Virus record (IMG/VR): IMGVR_UViG_3300033407_000970
Span: 1-47,793 of that record
Source: a virus
Lineage: Duplodnaviria > Caudoviricetes
Reading direction: 5' to 3' (one strand)
Length of the DNA stretch: 47,793 nt
Below the pieces are notes generated by a model. It searched no databases. It was given only the letters and a program-made list of their open reading frames with translations, and was not told the DNA's origin. Every line of letters begins with the position of its first letter. Position 1 is the first letter of the stretch. Positions 9,063-15,596 of this stretch are shown here, piece by piece. The translations under genes and the position numbers were made by a program.

Positions 9063-9760
9063 CGTGGCATCTCGGCGACCTGTTGGCCTTTGATGTGGAG
9101 TCCACCGGCGTCAACACCCGCACCGACCGCATCGTCACCATCAGCCTCGTCCAAGCCAACGCCACCCAACGCACCTCGAATACTGACCATTGGGTCCTCA
9201 ACCCCGGCGTCCCCGTCCCCGACGAAGCCGCCCAGATCCACGGCTACACCACCGAACGAGTACAACAAGAGGGTGAAGACCCGGCCCCCATCCTCGCCGG
9301 TGTCGCCGACCGACTCACCGACCACCTGAACCAAGGCCTGCCCGTCGTCGCCTACAACGCCCGCTACGACTGCACCCTCCTCAACGCTGAACTCGCACGC
9401 CACAACCTGACCCCCGTCCCATTCCACCTCGGCCCGGTTGTTGACCCGTTCGTCATCGACAAACACGTCGACCAGTACCGCCGCGGCAAACGCACCCTGA
9501 CCGCCGCCTGCGACCACTATCAAGTGACACTCGCCGACGCACATGATGCAGCCGCCGACGCCATCGCCGCCGCCCGACTCGCCTGGCGGCTCGGCCACCT
9601 ACCCGACATCCAAGCGCTCACCCTCCCCGAACTCCACACGGCGCAAACAGTATGGGCCCGCGAGCAAGCCGAATCGTTGCGGGACTACTTCGTCAACTCG
9701 GGAAAGATGACCCGAGACGAAGCCAACACAGACGTACAAACAGGATGGCCCACCACCTAA
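9059..9760 (+). CDS. DEDDh 3'-5' exonuclease (DnaQ-like)
   Basis: FDVESTG, IHG, VAYNARYD, AHDAAADA. Confidence 0.92.
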   Translation: MTWHLGDLLAFDVESTGVNTRTDRIVTISLVQANATQRTSNTDHWVLNPGVPVPDEAAQIHGYTTERVQQEGEDPAPILAGVADRLTDHLNQGLPVVAYNARYDCTLLNAELARHNLTPVPFHLGPVVDPFVIDKHVDQYRRGKRTLTAACDHYQVTLADAHDAAADAIAAARLAWRLGHLPDIQALTLPELHTAQTVWAREQAESLRDYFVNSGKMTRDEANTDVQTGWPTT

Positions 9761-9822
9761 CCGGGTATAGCCACACCCACCGCCACCAACACACCCCACC
9801 ACCCCACTATCATGGCCAAACG

Positions 9823-10266
9823 ATGGCACTCACCGACAAGCAAGCAAAGTTCGTCGACGAATACCTCATCGACTTCAACGCCACCCAAGCCGCCATCCGC
9901 GCCGGCTACGCCAAAAACAGTGCCAAACAACAAGGCTCACGACTGTTGACGAATGATGACATCCGCAACGAAGTCGCCCGCCGAGGCCAACAAACCGCCG
10001 ACGAACTCGGCCTCACCCGCGGCTACGTCCTCACCCGCCTCCGCGAAACCATCGAACGCAGCCTAGAAGGCGCCCCCAAAACCACCGCCAGAGGCGAACT
10101 CGTATTCGGACCCGACGGCGACCACATCATCGAATGGTCCCCCTCCGGCGCCAAGGCCGCACTCGAACTGCTCGCCAAACTGCGGGGCGATCTGGTGGAC
10201 ACGGTCGAACACACTGGTGGCATCGACATTCGGGTTGAAGGCGTCCCCGTCAACGACCTCAAATGA
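9823..10266 (+). CDS. terS: Terminase small subunit
   Basis: LTDKQAKFVDEYLIDFNATQAAIRAGY; ALELLAK. Confidence 0.93.
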   Translation: MALTDKQAKFVDEYLIDFNATQAAIRAGYAKNSAKQQGSRLLTNDDIRNEVARRGQQTADELGLTRGYVLTRLRETIERSLEGAPKTTARGELVFGPDGDHIIEWSPSGAKAALELLAKLRGDLVDTVEHTGGIDIRVEGVPVNDLK

Positions 10267-10272
10267 ACCGTC

Positions 10273-12567
10273 ATGGCTGACCGGCTCGTCCACACGTACA
10301 CGCCCCGCGGCACCGCCCGCCGACTCTTCCAAACCAAAGACAGCGAAATCCTCCTCAGCGGCCCCGCCGGCACCGGCAAAAGCCGAGCCTGTTTGGAGAA
10401 GCTCCACCTCATGGCGGTCGTCAACCCCGGCATGCGCGGGTTGATCGTCCGCAAAACCGCGTCGTCGCTCACCTCGTCCGCGCTGGTCACGTGGAACCGG
10501 GACGTCACCTCCGAATCCCAACAAGCCGGCGTCCTCGACTTCTACGGCGGCTCCGCTGAAGAACCAGCCCAGTACCGCTACTCGAACGGGTCGAAGGTGA
10601 TGATCGGCGGCATGGACAAGGCATCCAAGATCATGTCCACCGAGTTCGACGTCGTGTACGTGCAGGAGGCGACCGAGCTGACGGAGAACGACTGGGAGTC
10701 GCTGACCACCCGTCTGCGATCCCATCAGGTCAGCTTTCAACAGCTCATCGCGGACTGTAACCCGGCGGAAGAAACCCACTGGTTGAAACGCCGCTGCGAC
10801 CGGGGCCTAACCCTGATGCTCAGGTCGAGACATGAGGACAACCCTCTCCTGTTCGACGAGGCTGGGCAGGCGACCCCGCGGGGCCTCGACTACTTGTCGA
10901 AGCTTGACCGGCTGACCGGCATCCGCAAACGCAGGCTGCGGGACGGGGAATGGTCGTCGGCTGAGGGGGTCATCTATGAGGACTGGGACTCTGCCATCCA
11001 CCTTGTCGACCGGTTCCCCATCCCGGACGGGTGGCAGCGGTGGTGGGCGGTCGACTTCGGATACACCAACCCGTTCGTACTGCAATGCTGGGCCGAAGAC
11101 GAGGACGGCCGCCTGTGGCTGTACAGGGAGTGGTATCACACGCAACGCACGGTGGATGATCACGCCCGCCGGGTGCTCGACGTGGTCGCACCGGACGGCA
11201 AGTGGACCGAACCGAAACCGCGGGCGGTGATCTGTGACCACGATGCTGAAGGCCAAGAGGTGTTACGCCGGGAGTTGGGCCTGCCAATGCGGAACGCTGA
11301 CAAGCGGGTCCAGGACGGCATACAAACGGTGATGCGCCGGTTGAAGCCGGCGGGCGACGGCCGGCCGCGGCTGTACCTGTTGCGGGACTCGCTGGTGGAA
11401 CGCGACCCCGAACTGTACGAGTCGGGGCGGCCCACCTGCACGGCAGACGAGATCCCCTCGTATGTGTGGGCGAACCAGACCGGGCACGGTAAGGGCCTGA
11501 AGGAGGTGCCGGTGAAAGAGGATGATCACGGCTGTCTGATCGCTGGCACCTTGGTCACCACAAGCCGAGGCGCCGTCCCGATTGAACAGGTAGGGGCGGG
11601 TGATTGGGTGCGGGTGCGGGGCGCATGGCGGCTCGTGGAAGACGCAGGGATGACTGATCCTGCCGCCGTCGTATACCGGGCCGTGATGGAGGACGGTCGC
11701 GAACTAGTGGGCACTGGCGACCATCCGGTTTGGGTGCACGCCACCGGCTGGACCCGACTGGACGCACTCCGATACGGTATGATGGTGTCATGCCTAGAAC
11801 CATCCGATACGACGGGCATGCCTACCGCCGGGAAACAGACCGCCCCTACTACAAGCGGACAACACCCGACGGCCCCGAGTACCTTCACCGGCGCATCTAC
11901 CAAGACGTCTACGGGCCGATCCCCGACGGATACTCAGTCCACCACGTCGACTTTGACCCGACCAACAACCAGCCGGACAATCTCGTGGCGCTCCCTGAAG
12001 CAGAGCATCAGGCGCTTCACGTCGAACACCGGCGGGCCAACGGCCTCTACGGTTCTGGGCCGACCGTTCAAGCGTTGGAAGCAGCAGCCGAATGGCACCG
12101 ATCCCCGGAGGGTCGAGAATGGCATCGCCAACACGGCCGCGCCGTATGGGATCGCCGACAGTCGCGCACCCTTGTTTGTGACCAATGTGGCATCGAATAC
12201 GACACCAGGTCCCTCAATGGTGCGGAACGATTCTGCTCCAACAACTGCAAGTCAAGGTGGCGGCGAGAGTCCGGCATCGACAACGAGTCCCGGGAGTGCG
12301 AATGCTGCGGAGCCGGATTCGTTGTCAACCGTTACCAGAAGACCCGCTTCTGTGGTGGTTCGTGTTCTGTCCGTCACACGGCTAGACGGTCGTGTGCCTG
12401 TCTTCAACCTGACGGTCGCCGATCCTGAGCGGCCCGAGTTCTATGCGAACGGGTTGTTGGTGCACAACTGTGACGCCGCCAGGTATATGGCGATGGCCCG
12501 TGAAGAGGCAAAGCCGAGGGTGTTGATGGGTGCCGAGTTGTCGGGCCTGCGGTTAGGGGTGCGCTGA
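10273..12567 (+). CDS. terL: Terminase large subunit (PBSX-like), intein-containing
   Basis: Walker A GPAGTGKS, Walker B VYVQEATE, CNP, nuclease DFGYTNP and DDHG/CDAARY split by an intein. Confidence 0.95.
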   Translation: MADRLVHTYTPRGTARRLFQTKDSEILLSGPAGTGKSRACLEKLHLMAVVNPGMRGLIVRKTASSLTSSALVTWNRDVTSESQQAGVLDFYGGSAEEPAQYRYSNGSKVMIGGMDKASKIMSTEFDVVYVQEATELTENDWESLTTRLRSHQVSFQQLIADCNPAEETHWLKRRCDRGLTLMLRSRHEDNPLLFDEAGQATPRGLDYLSKLDRLTGIRKRRLRDGEWSSAEGVIYEDWDSAIHLVDRFPIPDGWQRWWAVDFGYTNPFVLQCWAEDEDGRLWLYREWYHTQRTVDDHARRVLDVVAPDGKWTEPKPRAVICDHDAEGQEVLRRELGLPMRNADKRVQDGIQTVMRRLKPAGDGRPRLYLLRDSLVERDPELYESGRPTCTADEIPSYVWANQTGHGKGLKEVPVKEDDHGCLIAGTLVTTSRGAVPIEQVGAGDWVRVRGAWRLVEDAGMTDPAAVVYRAVMEDGRELVGTGDHPVWVHATGWTRLDALRYGMMVSCLEPSDTTGMPTAGKQTAPTTSGQHPTAPSTFTGASTKTSTGRSPTDTQSTTSTLTRPTTSRTISWRSLKQSIRRFTSNTGGPTASTVLGRPFKRWKQQPNGTDPRRVENGIANTAAPYGIADSRAPLFVTNVASNTTPGPSMVRNDSAPTTASQGGGESPASTTSPGSANAAEPDSLSTVTRRPASVVVRVLSVTRLDGRVPVFNLTVADPERPEFYANGLLVHNCDAARYMAMAREEAKPRVLMGAELSGLRLGVR
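11533..12468 (+). mobile_element. Intein (312 aa) in terminase nuclease domain; no endonuclease in its own frame
   Basis: CLIAGTLV, GTGDHPVW, VFNLTV...FYANGLLVHN then Cys; middle is Ser/Thr/Pro-rich low-complexity in this frame. Confidence 0.93.
11790..12428 (+). CDS. HNH homing endonuclease nested in an alternate frame inside the terminase intein
   Basis: YLHRRIY...GPIPDGYSVHHVDFDPTNNQPDNL...EH...H plus two CxxC...FCS/FCG zinc modules; TATGAT 6 nt upstream of ATG. Confidence 0.9.
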   Translation: MPRTIRYDGHAYRRETDRPYYKRTTPDGPEYLHRRIYQDVYGPIPDGYSVHHVDFDPTNNQPDNLVALPEAEHQALHVEHRRANGLYGSGPTVQALEAAAEWHRSPEGREWHRQHGRAVWDRRQSRTLVCDQCGIEYDTRSLNGAERFCSNNCKSRWRRESGIDNESRECECCGAGFVVNRYQKTRFCGGSCSVRHTARRSCACLQPDGRRS

Positions 12568-12716
12568 TGGGTTGAGGCGGATCGAAGGACCCGCAGGTGC
12601 GGGCCAAACAACGAGACCAAGCCCGCATCGCAGCCGCCGACCGCAAAGCCAAATTGGAAGCGCAGAGACGGTCGGCGCGGCAGCGGGAACGGCAACGTCG
12701 GAAAGGACAGGTATGA
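12567..12716 (+). CDS. Candidate 49-aa selenoprotein M-G-U-G-G-S-K... (in-frame TGA at codon 3)
   Basis: ATG overlaps terL stop, final TGA overlaps next ATG, SD-like AGGGGT, SECIS-like hairpin 11 nt after the TGA, similarity (DRxAKLE) to downstream CxxC gene. Confidence 0.6.
12587..12605 (+). promoter_or_regulatory. Bacterial SECIS-like stem-loop
   Basis: GG(A)CCCGC-AGGU-GCGGG-CC begins 11 nt after UGA 12573-12575. Confidence 0.55.
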
Positions 12717-12856
12717 CAGTCAGGGAGTGCCGGCCGTGCAAGGGTGGCAAGCGGTTGACACCTAGGGAGCGGGCCGAACTCAAACAGGTGGAACGGGACC
12801 GCCAGGCGAAGCTCGAGCAGGCGCAGGCCGAGGCTGAGCGGATCGCTAGTAAATGA
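12713..12856 (+). CDS. 47-aa CxxC basic coiled-coil protein
   Basis: AAAGGA SD; MTVRECRPCKGGK...DRQAKLE. Confidence 0.7.
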   Translation: MTVRECRPCKGGKRLTPRERAELKQVERDRQAKLEQAQAEAERIASK

Positions 12857-12934
12857 GTAGCCGCCCCTTGCCCAAAACGATGGGTGGGACGGCTATCATC
12901 ATGCGCATGTGGAACGCATCAGGAAGTATAGCCC

Positions 12935-14314
12935 GTGACCGATAACACCCTTCCACTCAACCCCGAAGACCGACTCCACCAAACCCTCAACACCGGCAGC
13001 CGAATCGAATACCTCCACGACTCCGGCATCCGCCTCGTCTTTGACTTCATCACCCCCACCTCCAAAGGCGTCGACGCCTGGTGTGAGATCCGATGGCAAG
13101 GCGACACCCCCCAACCCTACGTCATCACCTACGGCCGCCGCGACCTCATGGGGTCCACCACCTCCGACTCGCTCACCAAACAAGCGTTAGGCGCCCTCCG
13201 CAAACACCATCGGGTCGACCCCGACGTCATGCGGGAAGCCATCACCGTCGCCTGCTATCAGGTCATCCAAATCCAATTGGAAGGCGTCGAACCGCTCGTC
13301 CTGTCCCAAGTGCCAGCCAAGAAACAACGGTGGCTGCTCAAACCGCTCGTCGAACACGGCGTCAACCACACGCGGGTCATCGCCGCCGGCGGGTCCGGCA
13401 AATCAGTGTTCGCACTCGCAGTCGCCTACACGGTCGCCACCGGATCGAAACGACTGTTCAAACAAGCCCCCACCGTCACCGGCCCCGTCATCTACCTCGA
13501 CTGGGAAACCTCTGCCGACGTCCACGCCAACCGGCTCGAAGCCCTCTGCAAAGGGATGGGACTCGACGACCCCGGCGACCAGCTCCTCTACCTGCCCATG
13601 CCGCAAGCGCTCGCCCGGTCGGCGCATTGGGTCGCACACACGGTCGCCGAAACCGGGACAGCGATGATCGTCGTCGACTCCAACATTCGAGCCCGAGGCA
13701 CCCCCTCCACATACACGTCCGCCGAAGCCACATCCACGCAACTGTTCGAAGCGTTACGACAGATCGGCGTGCCAGCGTTCATCGTCGACCACAAGTCCGA
13801 CGAGAAGATACGCAAGAACCAGCGGGGCGGATACGGGTCGATCACCAACCAGAACAACATTCGGGTCGAGTGGGAGGTGGCGGGCATGTCGAAGATCCGT
13901 TCGGCTGACCGCCTGTTCGAACAGGTCGAAGTGCGGTATGCGTGGGAGAAGGGCAACAACTCGGCGGCGCAAGAGGACATCGCCTACCGGATCGCGTTTC
14001 AGAACGAGCGGGTGGACGGTGACGAACGGTTGACGTCGATCGAGTTCAACCGGATCGCCCCGTCAACCGTCCAACTGTTCGGGAAGCATCTCGACCCGGT
14101 GTCGCAGGTGGATCGGGCGTGGTCAGTGTTGGCGAACCAGACGGAGCCGATGCCGCTCGCCGACCTGGCGGAAGTGTTGGGTGTGTCGGCCCGGTCTTTG
14201 TCAACGCAGATGGCCCGTGACGCCCGGTTTGAGAATGTGGCACCGCGTGGCCGGCCGGGGTTGTGGCGGGCCGGTACGGGCGACGAGGGTGACGCTTTAC
14301 CGGCACCGTTCTAA
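12935..14314 (+). CDS. AAA/RecA-family (RepA-like) helicase with C-terminal HTH
   Basis: Walker A AAGGSGKS, IYLDWE, Walker B IVVDS, VDH, YGS; C-terminal LADLAEVLGVSARSL. Confidence 0.8.
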   Translation: MTDNTLPLNPEDRLHQTLNTGSRIEYLHDSGIRLVFDFITPTSKGVDAWCEIRWQGDTPQPYVITYGRRDLMGSTTSDSLTKQALGALRKHHRVDPDVMREAITVACYQVIQIQLEGVEPLVLSQVPAKKQRWLLKPLVEHGVNHTRVIAAGGSGKSVFALAVAYTVATGSKRLFKQAPTVTGPVIYLDWETSADVHANRLEALCKGMGLDDPGDQLLYLPMPQALARSAHWVAHTVAETGTAMIVVDSNIRARGTPSTYTSAEATSTQLFEALRQIGVPAFIVDHKSDEKIRKNQRGGYGSITNQNNIRVEWEVAGMSKIRSADRLFEQVEVRYAWEKGNNSAAQEDIAYRIAFQNERVDGDERLTSIEFNRIAPSTVQLFGKHLDPVSQVDRAWSVLANQTEPMPLADLAEVLGVSARSLSTQMARDARFENVAPRGRPGLWRAGTGDEGDALPAPF

Positions 14315-14326
14315 CACGCGGGAACC

Positions 14327-14510
14327 TGCAACTCGGCTTGTTGCACCCCCCCTGCAACAATGCTGCAACTGTGAAAGCCGGTTTTAGGGTGTTTTTCCTG
14401 GTCAGAGGGGGTGCAACTGGTGTTGTAGGTGGGTGTTGCAAGGGGTACAACCAACAAGGGGGGTACGTAGTACCCCTTGTTGTTGCACCCCCCGTTGCAG
14501 CACCATTGCA
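14327..14510. repeat. Iteron-like TGCAAC/GTTGCA array with inverted repeat; putative replication origin
   Basis: TGCAAC at 14327, 14353, 14364, 14412; GTTGCA at 14340, 14435, 14482, 14494; inverted repeat caacaagggg..gtac / gtaccccttgttg; directly downstream of helicase. Confidence 0.65.
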
Positions 14511-14570
14511 GGTCACACCACTCCGGGTAGTGTTATCATTGAAGGACTGGAAGCAAGAGAGGTGCAAGAC

Positions 14571-14792
14571 ATGGCAGACCACGACTGTGTAATAACCATC
14601 ATCGAAGCCATCGAGGGGGAGGACCCGGACCAGCCGGTGGGTCTTCTCGCTGTCGGGTTGGACGATGCTCGAGTGTTGGCCGGCCTGCTGTTGGGGTTGA
14701 ACGTGGCGGGTCGTCGGGATGTGGCCGATCTGGCGTCGGCGTTGCGCCGGGTCGATGGGTCTTCGGTGCGGATCGTGTCTCCGTATGTGTGA
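14571..14792 (+). CDS. hypothetical protein
   Basis: TGT-TATCAT box and GAGGTGCA SD upstream. Confidence 0.6.
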   Translation: MADHDCVITIIEAIEGEDPDQPVGLLAVGLDDARVLAGLLLGLNVAGRRDVADLASALRRVDGSSVRIVSPYV

Positions 14793-14807
14793 CATGCGGG
14801 GCCAGCC

Positions 14808-15143
14808 GTGAGACGTGTCTGTCCTCTCTGCTGGGGGAAAGGATCAACCCCCAACATCAACCGCGACTACCCGTCCACCCTGCACCGTGACGCACAGATC
14901 ACAATGGAGGCGTCGGTCATTGTCGACCACCTGGCCGCGGATGCTGACTGGCTGCGTGGCGTGTACCAGGATGCCGCGGATCGGGGCGACCTCGCCGAAG
15001 CAGGGCGACTGTTGGTGGAGGCGCACAGGCTGCTTGAGGAGTGGGTGGCCGGGCATAGGTGGGTGCCGCCGGTGTTGGAGCCGTGCAGCCATGCCGACGG
15101 GTATTGTGCGGCGTGTGAACCATTCGTGGAGGTGCCGTCGTGA
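14808..15143 (+). CDS. hypothetical protein with terminal Cys motifs
   Basis: CPLC, C.H...CAAC; GTGA overlap with next gene. Confidence 0.55.
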   Translation: MRRVCPLCWGKGSTPNINRDYPSTLHRDAQITMEASVIVDHLAADADWLRGVYQDAADRGDLAEAGRLLVEAHRLLEEWVAGHRWVPPVLEPCSHADGYCAACEPFVEVPS

Positions 15144-15577
15144 CCGCTGACCTGCTGGCCCTGCCGGTCCTCTGGCAACTGCTCATTCTCACCGTCGCCG
15201 CCTGGTGGGTCACCCGTCTCGTCGTCGTCGCCGACTTCCCCCCAACCGTGTGGCTGCGGGAAACCGTGTGGTCCCGCTGGCCCGCCGACGACACCCTGTA
15301 CCCGGACGACGGGGTCGTGATCCCCGACCCGGACCTGCCGACCGAAGGCGTCGTCAACGGGCGGGTGGCGGTCGACTGGGACGACGGGTTGGAGTTGTGG
15401 CGGCCGATCCGTCCTCGAGCGTTCGGGAACCTGATCTCCTGCCCGTGGTGTGTGTCACCGTATGTCACGGCGGTGGTCGTGGCCGTGTGGGTGTTGTGGC
15501 CGGCGTCGTTGTGGCTGTGGCTCGTCCTTACCATGGCGGGGGTGGAAGCGTTGATCGCCACCAGGGTCGACCGCTAG
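15140..15577 (+). CDS. DUF1360-like membrane protein with CPWC motif
   Basis: VTRLVV.D, LR, LISCPWCVSPY, hydrophobic helices; sits just before portal. Confidence 0.75.
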   Translation: MTADLLALPVLWQLLILTVAAWWVTRLVVVADFPPTVWLRETVWSRWPADDTLYPDDGVVIPDPDLPTEGVVNGRVAVDWDDGLELWRPIRPRAFGNLISCPWCVSPYVTAVVVAVWVLWPASLWLWLVLTMAGVEALIATRVDR

Positions 15578-15596
15578 TCGGCTAGCATCGTCGCTG

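Noticed and set aside
12572-12712. N-terminal extension of ORF 12572-12856 given in the track
   Set aside because: TTG start without support; ATG 12713 has an AAAGGA SD and the upstream DNA is better explained by the 12567-12716 frame
14433-14570. Coding extension through the TGCAAC array
   Set aside because: Translation is repeat-derived; SD and -10 support the start at 14571
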